64,000 bases of DNA from Truepera sp. GTDB lineage: Bacteria; Deinococcota; Deinococci; Deinococcales; Trueperaceae. The stretch spans positions 3,680,001 through 3,744,000 of the forward strand of contig CBDCKW010000009.1 of the NCBI GenBank assembly GCA_965218435.1. Direction: 5' to 3'. Every line of letters starts with the position of its first letter. The first letter of the stretch is position 1. The notes under the pieces are model-generated. The model was given only the letters and a program-made list of their open reading frames with translations, ran no database searches and had not been told where the DNA came from. Of the stretch, positions 1 through 9,995 are shown piece after piece. The translations under genes and the position numbers were made by a program.

Positions 1-19
1 GCCATATCGCATCTTCATT

Positions 20-942
20 AGACCTCCGGCGAAAGTCACACAATGGCTTGTAGATCATGGTTGTAGAGAGCAGCAATGAGATTAAGCCGAAGTCCAAAGC
101 GCCTGCGCCGATGACGATAGGTTTCTTTGAGGATACGCCAGACCTTAAGCTTACGAATGACGTGTTCAGCGAGGATGCGTTCTTTAGCTAGGATGCGGTT
201 ATGTAGCTGTTGCTCTGGGGTAAGTACGTTACCCTTCCAACGTTTATGCGGGGTACGGCTTTTGGGATGAAGCTTAGCCACGCCCTGAAAGCCGCTATCA
301 GAAAGAAGTTCGGTGTTTGGCGCGAGCACCGTAGCGCAGCGGCTTTGTGTCAATAACTTGAAGTCGTGTGCTCGGCCTTTGCCATAAGCCGTACATAGGA
401 TGCGCTGACTGTTTTGTGCAACAAATACTTGGCTCTTTTGCGTGTGTCGTTTCTTCTTACCCGAGTAGTAACGCCGCTACCCTGCCGCTGCGCTTGGGGC
501 ACTTTGTTTTTTTGGGACGTTCAACCGGCGACTCGGCAATATCCACTACCACAACTTCTAGCGTCTGGTCGTCACGCAACGCTTTGCGTCCCGGCAGTGT
601 GAACTTACCCGAGCTGATGAGGGCGTCTTCGACGCGTTCTATGGTGCGCCGCACGGTGCTCTCGTCTACGCCCCAATCTTCTGACAAGTGAAAGTGGGTT
701 CGGTATTCTCGTAAAAACGATAGGGTCAGTACAAGTTGGTCTTCAAGACACAGCGCGGGAGTTCGTCCGCGTTTCTTCTTCCGCCCCTCTCTCGCTTTAA
801 GTAACTCCAGCATCGTTCTGAAAGTGGTGGGCTTGACCCCAAGTTTGCGTTTGAACTTCTCAGGTGACAACTTTAGACTCCGTGCTGTTTGTTCGCGCAT
901 CTTTACATGTTGTCATCTTCGAGCTACTTTCGCCGGAGGTCT
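20..942 (-). mobile_element. IS5 family (ISL2/IS702-like) insertion sequence, degenerate
   Basis: Perfect 17-bp IRs AGACCTCCGGCGAAAGT (20-36 / 926-942) and a 3-bp TSD ATT (17-19 / 943-945). Confidence 0.9.
36..900 (-). pseudogene. IS5 family transposase (HTH + DDE), split frames
   Basis: ORF 457-900 ends near ERPKK at an A7 run. The second frame reads *RRYYSGKKKRHTQKSQ..HDFKLL..DSGFQG..ERILAEHVIRKLK, with an in-frame TAG just before RRYY. Confidence 0.85.
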
Positions 943-1243
943 ATTAGGTAGCGGGTAGCCGGACGTTTTGAGTGCCAGCAAAATTTGTCCCCGATGATGC
1001 GCGTCGTGAACCATCATGTGAATGAGGTAAGCGTCGGCGCTGGGATAGGGCGAGGTGCCGGTATTTCCCCCGGCTACAGCGTCTTGAACGGCAGCAGCGG
1101 TTTGTGCCAACACGTCTTTGATACGCGCCAAGTCGGTTTCAGGGACGAACGCTCGAGCGTCCCCTTCAGCTAAATCTTCCCGAAGGGTAAAGTGGTCGGG
1201 TAACGTTTCCAGTCCTTCGTCAAGCTGTACGCCTCGGTATTTA

Positions 1244-1815
1244 GTTTAGCGTGAAAACCCACCGTCTTTGGCGGTGGTGATGTAACGTCGGCTATGCCTT
1301 ACTGTTTCGCCTGGGACACATAGGTCGTACCCTAAGGCGTGGGGAAGTATAGAAAGCTTGCGCACGTTGTCTATCAGTGTAATTACCACATTGTGTGGGT
1401 GCCTAAATACCGTTACCGAGTGCTGACGGGTATGGTCAAAGAGTTGGTTGAGAAGGACGTCCATACGCTTTGTGAGTGGCGCTCTGTAGAAGTAATAGAG
1501 CTGAGTGTTCAAGCCGATCACATCCACTTGGTTTGTTCAATTCCTCCCAAGTTGTCAGTATCGGATTTCATGGGATTTCTCAAAGGGAAGCTTGCCATCA
1601 AGTTGTTCAAAAGCTAGCCAGGCTTACGGAAGAAACCATACTGGGGGAATCACTTTTGGACACGCGGTTACTTTGTCAACACTGTAGGTATAAACGAAGA
1701 CCTGATCCGTCGTTATGTGAAGTACCAAGAGAAGCGCGAAAAAGAGGAAGAACGCAATCAGCAGGACTTTCTCTTCTAGAGTCATTTTCAAATCCACCGC
1801 CTCTGGCGGTGGTCG
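1244..1815 (+). mobile_element. IS200/IS605 family element (tnpA only)
   Basis: Subterminal hairpins CCACCGtctttggCGGTGG (~1259-1277) and CCACCGCctctgGCGGTGG (~1794-1812). TTTA occurs at both junctions, and removing the element restores the host reading frame. Confidence 0.85.
1339..1779 (+). pseudogene. tnpA: Y1 (HUH) transposase TnpA with internal TAG
   Basis: YHIVWVPKYR and DHIHL motifs. TAG at 1615-1617, then in-frame PGLRKKPYWGNHFWTRGYFVNTVG..IRRYVKYQE to the stop at 1779. Confidence 0.88.
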
Positions 1816-2053
1816 TTTAATGATCCCAACGATATGTGCGAGGTGCTGCGCGACGCTGTAGCCGCCGCCCGGTGTGCGGGCTCCCAATCCGAGGTTAGAT
1901 GCCCCAGCAGTGTTTGGTTGACCCTTAGGTTGGCTTGCCACACGGTCTGTACGGGGTTTGCTCTAACAGATTCTGCCTCGAAAGGGTCCATCTCAGCTCC
2001 TTAGCGAAAATGAAAGTGATTTGTGCTGAGAAACAGACCTGAGGCAGTATAGC

Positions 2054-3106
2054 TTATTGGTTGAACGTTGTATCCGGCCCCATCCGCCCGATTGCTGCCG
2101 CAATCAGCTTGATGACGTTTTCCACGTCTTCAGGGTCTACCATCTCATTGGGCGAGTGCATATAGCGGTTGGGTAGGCTCACCACGGCCGTCGGCACACC
2201 GCCCCGGTTTTTGGCGATGTCGTCGGCGTCGGTATAGGTGTGCGCGGGCGAGGTGCCGAACGTGTGCGGAATGTCCTCGGCCTCGGCGGTTTCCTCTAAC
2301 AGCGCCGTCAGGCCGCGATGCGCGTACGAGCCGATGGTTAGTTCTGCGCCCGACCCGAACGGTTTTTCACCCTCGCGTTTGACGTCTACACTCGGGATGT
2401 CGGTCGCGTGCGTCACGTCTACGGCAATGGCTGCGTCAGGTTTAAGGGTGTGCGACGCAATGTACGCGCCGATACCGCCGATCTCTTCTTGGACGGTGCC
2501 GACAGCGGTCACTTCTGCGCCCGACTTGGCGGCGCGGCGAGCCGCGAGGAGCACAATAAACGCCCCGATCCGGTTGTCAATCGCTTTGGAGACGAGCCGC
2601 CCATTGAGGAGTTCTAAAACAGGTTGCTCGATCACTGCAAAGTCCCCGGCCCGCACGTGCTCTTTTGCTTCGTCACCATTTTTCGCCCCGATGTCAATCC
2701 ACAAGTTTTCGATTTTAGAGACTTTGCTGCGTTCGTCGCTCTCCATCAGGTGGATGGGTTTTTTACCGATGACGCCGAGCAGTTCGCCTTTATAGCCGAC
2801 CACGCGGACCCTCTGTCCGACGAGCTGTTGTGAGTCCCAACCGCCGACGCCCTTAAAGTACAAAAACCCTTCTTTGTCAATGTAGGTTACGAGCAAGCCG
2901 ATTTCGTCTAAGTGTCCAGCAAGCATGACGCGGGGATTACCGCCCGCACCAAAGGTCGCGTAGACGTTGCCGTAGCTGTCGCGTTTCACAGACGCACCAT
3001 AGCTTTCGGCTTGCGCCGTGTAGACGTCGGCGGGTTTCGTTTCAAACCCACTTGTACCGGGCGCACTTAGCAGTGCGGTTAAAAAGTCTTTTTCGGTTTG
3101 ATTCAC
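2054..3106 (-). CDS. M42 family metallo-aminopeptidase
   Basis: AGHLDEIG, KAIDNRIG, VQEEIG and RYMHSPNE motifs. Probable leaderless GTG at 3106 (ORF extends to 3151). Confidence 0.9.
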   Translation of the reverse strand: MNQTEKDFLTALLSAPGTSGFETKPADVYTAQAESYGASVKRDSYGNVYATFGAGGNPRVMLAGHLDEIGLLVTYIDKEGFLYFKGVGGWDSQQLVGQRVRVVGYKGELLGVIGKKPIHLMESDERSKVSKIENLWIDIGAKNGDEAKEHVRAGDFAVIEQPVLELLNGRLVSKAIDNRIGAFIVLLAARRAAKSGAEVTAVGTVQEEIGGIGAYIASHTLKPDAAIAVDVTHATDIPSVDVKREGEKPFGSGAELTIGSYAHRGLTALLEETAEAEDIPHTFGTSPAHTYTDADDIAKNRGGVPTAVVSLPNRYMHSPNEMVDPEDVENVIKLIAAAIGRMGPDTTFNQ

Positions 3107-3229
3107 AAAGCGGACTCTACCACGCATAGTTGGGACGGCTGGCAGGGTCACAGGTTTATCACATGACGGTAGGACAACCGGGCAGATAGAGGCTTCTACC
3201 TACGCGTTTTAACTTATGATGGGGCCACG

Positions 3230-3763
3230 ATGGAGATTCGATTTGCTCGCCCCGACGATGTACCGGCCATTGCTAAAGTTCATGTGGACAGCTGGCGCAC
3301 GACCTACCGCGACGTGTTGCCGAAGGGTTATCTCAACGACCTCTCGTATGACGCCCGCGAAACGATGTGGGAAGGGTCGTTTGAGGAGGAAAGCACCTCG
3401 TTTTTAATCGTCGCTGAAGACCACGGCAAAGTCGTTGGGTTTTCAGCCGGTGGGCGCGCCCGTCAAGACACACCTGAAGCGAAGGGCTACGGCGGCGAAC
3501 TCTACGCGGTCTATACCTTAGAAACCTACCAGCGGCGTGGGCTCGGGCGGCGGCTCGTCGCCGCAGTTGCTGAAGAGCTAATTGAACGTGGGTTTGACAC
3601 GATGATTACCTGGGTGATTGAAGACAACGCCGCCTGCCGCTTTTACGAGCGGCTCGGTGGGGTGCTGTTAGGCAGCAAAACCGTTGAAATTGCCGATATG
3701 TCGCTCCGAGCGGTGGCGTATGGTTGGGCGGACTCGAGCACCCTCCTCAAACCCGAGGTGTAA
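3230..3763 (+). CDS. GNAT family N-acetyltransferase
   Basis: YQRRGLGRRL acetyl-CoA motif and NAACRFYERLG. Confidence 0.9.
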   Translation: MEIRFARPDDVPAIAKVHVDSWRTTYRDVLPKGYLNDLSYDARETMWEGSFEEESTSFLIVAEDHGKVVGFSAGGRARQDTPEAKGYGGELYAVYTLETYQRRGLGRRLVAAVAEELIERGFDTMITWVIEDNAACRFYERLGGVLLGSKTVEIADMSLRAVAYGWADSSTLLKPEV

Positions 3764-3765
3764 GT

Positions 3766-4323
3766 ATGCTGCACCTACCTGAAAACGTCGCTACGGTCGC
3801 CATCGTTGGCTTTTTGGTGCTCGAGGCTGTACTCAGAAAGGGCAAAGCAGCGAAGTCGTGGCAGAGCGAGTCAGACAGGGGGACGACGTTTCTGCTTCTG
3901 CTGGCCTACTTGGTGATCGGCGCAGCTCTCTCGCTGCGGCTACCGGGTCCGCGACTGATTGTCCCAGTGCAGTGGTTCGGTGTTCTCTTTGCGTTTGCGG
4001 GGCTGGCGCTGCGCGTTGTGGCGTTTCGGACGTTGGGGCCCAGTTATTCACGCACCTTACGCGTCAATCAAGATCAAGCCCTCGTCACTACTGGAATCTA
4101 CCGGCTCGTTCGCCATCCGGGATATCTTTCATCGTTGGTACTCTGGTTGGGCGCAGTTACCGCTTCAGGCTCGCTGGTGGCGGTTTGCACCGTAGCGATA
4201 GCACTTTTCGTTGCCTATATGCGCCGTATCCAAGTTGAGGAAAAGCTACTCGCCGCGTCGTTTGGTGAAGTGTACAAAACCTATCAGCACACGTCTTGGA
4301 AACTTATCCCTTATCTTTACTGA
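3766..4323 (+). CDS. Isoprenylcysteine carboxyl methyltransferase (ICMT/PEMT) family membrane protein
   Basis: LVTTGIYRLVRHPGY and RIQVEEKLL motifs, hydrophobic helices. ATG at 3766 follows the GNAT stop. Confidence 0.85.
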   Translation: MLHLPENVATVAIVGFLVLEAVLRKGKAAKSWQSESDRGTTFLLLLAYLVIGAALSLRLPGPRLIVPVQWFGVLFAFAGLALRVVAFRTLGPSYSRTLRVNQDQALVTTGIYRLVRHPGYLSSLVLWLGAVTASGSLVAVCTVAIALFVAYMRRIQVEEKLLAASFGEVYKTYQHTSWKLIPYLY

Positions 4324-4326
4324 TTA

Positions 4327-5349
4327 CTAAACCCCTACGGCTTCGGGTTCTTTAAGTTTTTGCGCAATATCCGCCACTGCCTGCCGCGCGTGCACGAGCC
4401 CGTTTTCGATAAAGACGTCGCTGGTGCGTTCACCGAAACCTGCCGAGCCGATGAAGTAAAGCCCCGGCACGGTACTTTCAAACTTAGCGTTAAGCGTAAC
4501 CGAATGGTCTTGCTCGCTGAAGGTCAGCGGCAGATTCTTCAAAAACCCTCCGGGCGCAGCGTAGTAACCCGTCAGCGCAAAGATCACGTCCGTCGGAATG
4601 CGAATCGTCTCGACGCCCGCATCGGTCTTTTGGTCAATGACGACAGCGGTCGGTGTAATCTCTCGGACCACGCTGTTAAAGTAGGCTTTGATCGAGCCTT
4701 CCTTCACGCGGTTTTCCAAATTCGGCCTGACCCAATACTTAAGCGAGTGCCTAAAGTCTTCACCGCGGTGCACCATCGTCACTTTGGCCCCAGCGCGGTA
4801 CAGCTCTAACGCAGCGTCCGCAGCTGATGAACCTGCCCCAACAATCGTCACGTTGCGGCCCCAGTGCAGGTGCGCTTCGTCGAAGTAGTGCGCCACGTTC
4901 TCCTGGTCTTCACCCGGTACACCGAGCAGCTTGGGCGTGTCAAAGTAGCCGGTTGCTACCGCCACCTTGCGGGCATAGAGTGTCTCCGCAGGTTTATTGT
5001 CCGGGACGACGCTCAGCTCAAAGCTTTCACCTACGCGCCGCACGTCGGTCACGGGGGTGTAGAGCCGGACGTTAAGCCCTTCGCGCTGCGCTACTTTACG
5101 GTAGTACTCCAAGGCTTCGCGCCGCGTCGGTTTGTCGATTGCAGTGACAAACGGATGGTCGCCGACCTCGAGCCTATCACTCGTCGTAAAAAAGGTCAGA
5201 AAGGTCGGCCAGCGGTAGATGGCGTCCACCATCGCGCCTTTGTCTAAAAGCACATACGAGAGTCCGGCGCGCTGGGCATGAATGGCCGCTTCGGTCCCGA
5301 CGGGGCCGGCTCCGACGATGGCGAGGTCGTAAGTAAAGAGGTCAGACAT
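4327..5349 (-). CDS. ypdA: YpdA family putative bacillithiol disulfide reductase
   Basis: GAGPVG and GAGSSA Rossmann motifs, KPTRREALEYY, VFIENG. Confidence 0.8.
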   Translation of the reverse strand: MSDLFTYDLAIVGAGPVGTEAAIHAQRAGLSYVLLDKGAMVDAIYRWPTFLTFFTTSDRLEVGDHPFVTAIDKPTRREALEYYRKVAQREGLNVRLYTPVTDVRRVGESFELSVVPDNKPAETLYARKVAVATGYFDTPKLLGVPGEDQENVAHYFDEAHLHWGRNVTIVGAGSSAADAALELYRAGAKVTMVHRGEDFRHSLKYWVRPNLENRVKEGSIKAYFNSVVREITPTAVVIDQKTDAGVETIRIPTDVIFALTGYYAAPGGFLKNLPLTFSEQDHSVTLNAKFESTVPGLYFIGSAGFGERTSDVFIENGLVHARQAVADIAQKLKEPEAVGV

Positions 5350-5461
5350 AGCCGTATGGTAGCAAGCTCGTGCAAAAGCGTTCACGTAAAGGACTACACA
5401 CGGTGGTGATCGGTGCCCTGAGCTGTTCGGGGCACCGAAGGATCGGCAAGGCGATTCAATG

Positions 5462-5914
5462 TTAAGTGCTCGTCGTTTCTCTTTTGGACGTGTACATCAA
5501 CCAAGCGATCAGGATTCCCATCGCTGCACTCCAAAAGATAAACCCTGCCCCGTGCCGGATATGTTCTTCTGAATTACCGTACCACCCGCTTAAAAAGGTA
5601 AAAACGAGGCCATCTAACAGCATCGCGGCAACGGTTGCCAGCACGACGCCTTCAAAAACCGTCTGCGAAGTCAGCGCCACCACCTTCTTTAAGAACACCA
5701 CCGACGCCCAAGTTAGCGGAATCGTCGCCAAGAACAGGAGTGCACTTCTAACCCCTCCATCAAACGCCCAGGGGATAGACCGAACTACAAAGACGAAGAC
5801 GAGCCATAGAAACACGCCCACCGCTACCGAGCCCACCTTTTGACCTGTGCTTAAAGTACGCACGATCTCGCCCTCTTGCTTGCCGATTTTCCGACCTGTA
5901 CTCGAGGTGTCCAT
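5462..5914 (-). CDS. Hypothetical 4-TM membrane protein
   Basis: Four hydrophobic segments, AGGAG-like RBS before ATG 5914, downstream of tetR. Confidence 0.6.
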   Translation of the reverse strand: MDTSSTGRKIGKQEGEIVRTLSTGQKVGSVAVGVFLWLVFVFVVRSIPWAFDGGVRSALLFLATIPLTWASVVFLKKVVALTSQTVFEGVVLATVAAMLLDGLVFTFLSGWYGNSEEHIRHGAGFIFWSAAMGILIAWLMYTSKRETTST

Positions 5915-5992
5915 ACCCTCTCCTTTACCTAACTTGGTAGCTGTCCTCCAACGCCAAACGAGATTTTTCACCGGTTGCTTCTTAAACTAAAG

Positions 5993-6547
5993 TCATGATT
6001 TTCCCTCCCGGATCAGGCTTACAAACGCCCCGAATGAAGCGTCTGTACGCCTAAAGTCTTTCGTTACGAGCCGGTCGAGCAGTAAACTCGAAAAGGCGTT
6101 GACGATTAAGTTGGCGGTCGCCTTGTCACAGTCGGTAAGGCGGCTCTGTACGAACGCGGCCCAGTCCTCCAACATCTGCAGGGCAAACGAAGCGTAGAGC
6201 GTGTTGCCGTTTATAGCCTCGACCTCGACCGCGAACAGGAGTTTGACAAAAGGGACGAAACTCTCCGAAGTAAACCGTCCCCAGAGGCTCATCAGCTCGG
6301 CTTTAGTATCACTTGCAGGTTCCGGGCTGCTGCTTAACACAGCGATTTGTTTCCCTTGGGCAAGGTTCAGCGCCGCTACAATCAATTGGTCTTTAGAACC
6401 GAAGTGGTAGATGAGCATCCTGGCGTTGGTACCGGTGGCGTCGGCTAGCGGACGGAGGCTGAAATTGTGAAGACCATTTTTTAGGAGGTACTCGAGCACC
6501 CGCTCGAGTACCTCGGCTTTGATAGTAGGGTCAGAGTCTCTCGCCAT
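5993..6547 (-). CDS. TetR/AcrR family transcriptional regulator
   Basis: N-terminal HTH FSLRPLADATGTNARMLIYHFGSKDQL. Confidence 0.88.
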   Translation of the reverse strand: MARDSDPTIKAEVLERVLEYLLKNGLHNFSLRPLADATGTNARMLIYHFGSKDQLIVAALNLAQGKQIAVLSSSPEPASDTKAELMSLWGRFTSESFVPFVKLLFAVEVEAINGNTLYASFALQMLEDWAAFVQSRLTDCDKATANLIVNAFSSLLLDRLVTKDFRRTDASFGAFVSLIREGKS

Positions 6548-6632
6548 AACTGGAACGCTCGTTACGTGTAACAAGTGTTTCATATCTGGATATAGGTGTC
6601 AAGTTTTGGAAAGCTAACAGCCCCCAGGTTTA

Positions 6633-7817
6633 CTATGTACACGACAAACCTGTAGCGTTGGTCAAGCATTGAAAACACCGGGCAAATTCCCGTCGATTGT
6701 TTTTCCCGCCTAGAAGCAGGTGACGTAAATGGTCGAGCCCATACCGAAAGAAGCTTTTTGCTTTTCGGCCATGCTTTTTGATTGCAATGGGCTTCTGTTC
6801 GTGTAGCCATTCACCTACCCAATGAGCCCATGCGAAGGCGATAGCTAAAAAAGTAACAAGTTTGCTAACACGCTCGTCGTAGTAAAGATGAGTTGCTTCC
6901 ATATCGAAGCCCCTAGACTTCAAGCAAGAGAACAAGGTTTCAATCTCCCACCGTTGCGCATAGATGGCGAGAGAATCTCGAAAATTTTGGCTGCTGACGA
7001 TTAAGACATCGTCTTCCTGGCGCTTGAGAGAGGTTAGGTAGAGCTTATGCCCATAAATAGACATTCGTCGCTGGAAGTACCGCACTTCGCCCGACTGTAT
7101 CCCGTCCAAGCGCCGCTCAATCGGCTTGGTCACGCCTCTATATGTCTCTCTGCCTGTAGAGGTTGCCGCCTTCGCTTTTTCTTCGATCTGCCGGACGCGC
7201 TCCGGAATTTCTCGCCCTTCGTCCACATCTCGGGTAAAACCGGGCATCACCAGGTTTGTGAGGATGCCGCTCCTAGCAAGTTCCCTCGACATCGTTCGGG
7301 TAAGTCCGTGCAGTCCTGCCTTGGCTGTAACGTAAGCCGACACCCCCGGTAAGCCATCTTCGACTAACCCGGTAGACACGTGAACGACACGGCCCCAACC
7401 TGCTTCTCGCATTCCGCCCACAACCGCTTGCGTAAGTAGATAATGCCCTTCGAGGTTTGCTTTCAGCGAGTCGCGGAAGCGTGCGGCGGGTGCTGTCTCG
7501 AAGAGCTCACCCGGCCCCGGAAACCCCGGCCACGCCACCCCATTATTAACTAGCACGGCGACCGCACCAAAGGTGTCCTGGACGGTCCGCACCGCAGCAG
7601 TGATCGACGCCTCATCGGATAGATCAAGAGGTACCACGAACGGAACTCCTCCTGCGGCCTTGACACTGGCAGCCGTCTCCTCGCCGCCTGCCTGGTTCTG
7701 GTGATAGGTTACCGCAACCTTCGCGCCTTCACGAGCAAAAGCCACGGCGGTTGCGCGACCAATACGTGACGAACTCCCCGTGACCATCACGACAACATCC
7801 TGTAAACCCATGTCCAT
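6633..7817 (-). CDS. 3'-truncated SDR oxidoreductase fused in frame to the C-terminal part of an IS4 family transposase
   Basis: SDR motifs TGSSSRIG, LVNNG and YVTAK up to ~7145, then YAQRWEIETLFSCLK (YREK) and KKHGRKAKSFFRYGLD. Confidence 0.8.
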   Translation of the reverse strand: MDMGLQDVVVMVTGSSSRIGRATAVAFAREGAKVAVTYHQNQAGGEETAASVKAAGGVPFVVPLDLSDEASITAAVRTVQDTFGAVAVLVNNGVAWPGFPGPGELFETAPAARFRDSLKANLEGHYLLTQAVVGGMREAGWGRVVHVSTGLVEDGLPGVSAYVTAKAGLHGLTRTMSRELARSGILTNLVMPGFTRDVDEGREIPERVRQIEEKAKAATSTGRETYRGVTKPIERRLDGIQSGEVRYFQRRMSIYGHKLYLTSLKRQEDDVLIVSSQNFRDSLAIYAQRWEIETLFSCLKSRGFDMEATHLYYDERVSKLVTFLAIAFAWAHWVGEWLHEQKPIAIKKHGRKAKSFFRYGLDHLRHLLLGGKNNRREFARCFQCLTNATGLSCT

Positions 7818-7820
7818 CGT

Positions 7821-8189
7821 TCAGCCCTCCTTCTGGCTCTGCCGAAAACGCTCGATCTTGCCATCGATGACCGCTAGCGAACCTTGCAGTGCTTCGATAC
7901 GCGCCTGCACCTCTTTCTGATGTTCTTCGAGTAGGGCGATGCGGGCGGGTACGGTGGCGCGACCTGCCCGGGTTAGTGCTGCGTACTCCTTGAGATACCG
8001 GATGGGCATCTCTGTTGCACGCAAGCACGCCAAGAAGCCGAGGCGCTCGAGGTCGACCTTTGAGTAGCGGCGGTGACCGCCGGGATTACGTTCTATGGGC
8101 TCGAGGAGCCCCGCGCGTTCGTAGTAGCGCAGGGTGTCGGCGCTTAGGCCGGTGAACTGAGCGGCGTCTTTGATGCTTAAGGTGTCCAT
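7821..8189 (-). CDS. MerR family transcriptional regulator
   Basis: SIKDAAQFTGLSADTLRYYERAGLL HTH followed by a coiled coil. Confidence 0.92.
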   Translation of the reverse strand: MDTLSIKDAAQFTGLSADTLRYYERAGLLEPIERNPGGHRRYSKVDLERLGFLACLRATEMPIRYLKEYAALTRAGRATVPARIALLEEHQKEVQARIEALQGSLAVIDGKIERFRQSQKEG

Positions 8190-8196
8190 AGGCCGC

Positions 8197-8228
8197 AGTA
8201 TAGAAACTTGGAGCGCGCTCTAAGTCAA
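8197..8228 (-). promoter_or_regulatory. MerR-type promoter/operator (leaderless)
   Basis: TTGACT-20 bp-TATACT with dyad ACTTaGAGCGCGCTCcAAGT across the spacer. The -10 lies 7 nt before the ATG. Confidence 0.8.
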
Positions 8229-8444
8229 GCATCCAATACATCTGCCCGCACCAGCGGTTGCTACTTAGTGCAAGTGGAAACAGACCTTTATGAAACTATT
8301 GTCGTGTACTTAGCCAGGTTTATTGTTTTACCTGTGAACGCCGTAAATCAGGCTCAGGAGTGCTAAACAAAACTATAATGTGCTGTTTTGCAAGTTTGCA
8401 GACAGAGCGATTTACCTCTTCTTACAGCGTATAGTCGGGTAACG

Positions 8445-8984
8445 TTACGCCTGTCCAGACTGGTAAGTGAGTATGACGACACCTTCATCCGTCGTTTGAG
8501 TATCTACAAGTTTTAGCTTGGCTTCGCTGCCCTCGGCAAAAAGCCGTTTGCCAGCCCCTAGGCTTAGAGGATAAATCATGAGCCTGTACTCATCGATAAG
8601 GCCGTGCTGCATGAGGGTTTGTACAAGAGTTGCACTGCCGTAGATGAGAAGATTTTCTCCTTTTTGCTGTTTCAGCGTTTTTACTGCTTCGACGACATTT
8701 CCTTCTATAAGGCTGGCGTTCCACTCGAGTTCCTTTAGGGTGGTCGAGGCAACATGTTTAGGTAAGCTGTTCATACGCTCAGCGAACCCGGCTTCATCTT
8801 TCATGTCAGGCCACGCTTTAGCGAAACCTTCATACGTGACTCTGCCGAGGAGTAAAGCGTCACTGGCAAAGAGCAGGTCATGCTGGAGTTTCCCTAACTC
8901 GTCACTCCAATAGGGTGCTGTCCAGGCGGGTTCTTCCATAACGCCGTCCAGGGTAAGGTACTCGGCTGCAACAATTTTTCGCAT
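8445..8984 (-). CDS. Dihydrofolate reductase/RibD C-terminal domain protein
   Basis: TLDGVME, LLGRVTYE, GSATLVQTL and IDEYRL motifs. Confidence 0.88.
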   Translation of the reverse strand: MRKIVAAEYLTLDGVMEEPAWTAPYWSDELGKLQHDLLFASDALLLGRVTYEGFAKAWPDMKDEAGFAERMNSLPKHVASTTLKELEWNASLIEGNVVEAVKTLKQQKGENLLIYGSATLVQTLMQHGLIDEYRLMIYPLSLGAGKRLFAEGSEAKLKLVDTQTTDEGVVILTYQSGQA

Positions 8985-9083
8985 CGCTAAACTCCTTTAG
9001 TCGTTGTTCGTCGAGGTTTTTTCGACAAATATATGCTACGTATCAACGTGGTACCTTGTCTTGAATAAAAACGACAGCTACTC

Positions 9084-9148
9084 TTAGCAGGGATCAGCTG
9101 GTCGGCAACGCTCTCTGTCTAAGCTTTGCTGTCTAGCACGCACATTCT
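9084..9148 (+). repeat. Dispersed intergenic repeat, short copy
   Basis: Aligns without gaps to 34702-34766 (about 85% identity by eye). Confidence 0.85.
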
Positions 9149-9163
9149 AAAATAATAATGGTA

Positions 9164-9856
9164 TCAACCTTTTGTGCAAATGCTCTTTGTATAGGTTCTT
9201 AAGATTTGTGCAGGCGTTTTACCTGAGAGGTGTTTAAGCGACCGGGTAAGGTGCGGCTGGTCTGCGTAACCCGTTTGGTAGATCACATCAGCGATAGAGA
9301 GACCTGCTTCCAATAAGGTCATAGCCCTGTGACCGCGCTCAATTTGCCGGAGCATGTTAAGACTTAGTCCTGTCGCTTTGGAAAAGCGCCGCTGCACGGT
9401 TCGTAGCGACATTTCTATAGGTTCGTCACGAAGTACCGCTTCGACAACGGAGTCTTTAACCAGTTCGCCCTGCTTGATGAGTCTGCCGATAAAAATATCT
9501 GCGTCCTCAAAACTCGGAATTTCTACAGCTGAACCGCCGAGCCAAAAGCGGGTCTTGCTGGCTTTAGGTAGATCAAGCCCTCCATCTACAAGCCGACCGA
9601 TAGGAAAATGAGGCATAAAGCTACCGTGTTGGAACTGAATACCCCAAAATTCAGCGTCGGGGGGTGTAGGTGCAAAACTTGCTTTAGTTTCGGGGCCGCG
9701 CAAAGTAACAGTGCAGTGACCTTGTATTTTGGTAATAACCAGTTCCCAATGACTGACGGCCTGGGAGATAAAAGAACCCGTTTGGTCACTCTGTGTTTGC
9801 CAAACCGTCCTTACAAACGCAGAATCCGGCGTGTACTGGTCAAAGTCAAAAGGCAC
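9164..9856 (-). CDS. AraC family transcriptional regulator
   Basis: MSLRTVQRRFSKATG and GYADQPHLTR HTHs. Probable leaderless GTG at 9856. Confidence 0.85.
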   Translation of the reverse strand: MPFDFDQYTPDSAFVRTVWQTQSDQTGSFISQAVSHWELVITKIQGHCTVTLRGPETKASFAPTPPDAEFWGIQFQHGSFMPHFPIGRLVDGGLDLPKASKTRFWLGGSAVEIPSFEDADIFIGRLIKQGELVKDSVVEAVLRDEPIEMSLRTVQRRFSKATGLSLNMLRQIERGHRAMTLLEAGLSIADVIYQTGYADQPHLTRSLKHLSGKTPAQILRTYTKSICTKG

Positions 9857-9995
9857 TAAGGTTAGTCTAGAGGTTCGCACCCGTAAAGTAAACTTGGGAT
9901 AACTACGTGGCCGTAAACCTACGCCTGGGCGGTTAGCCATAAGGCTACACGTGAGGGCTCTCTAAGAGCTTTTTAGAACCTGGCGAGCTGCAAAA

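Larger units (their letters stand above)
1..1991 (-). pseudogene. DinB/YfiT family protein, frameshifted and interrupted by IS200 and IS5 elements; 3' end runs off the window
   Basis: Fragments rejoin as MDPFEAES..HLTS / (frameshift ~1890) ..SVAQHLAHIVGIIK | YRGVQLDEG..HMMVHDAHHRGQILLALKTSGYPLPN | EDAIW. His motifs are typical of DinB. Confidence 0.75.
6633..8313 (-). mobile_element. IS4-family-derived element carrying merR and an SDR/transposase-tail fusion
   Basis: IRs CTATGTACACGACAA (6633-6647) / TTGTCGTGTACTTAG (8299-8313), 14/15 match. 9-bp direct repeat CCAGGTTTA at 6624-6632 and 8314-8322. Confidence 0.85.
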
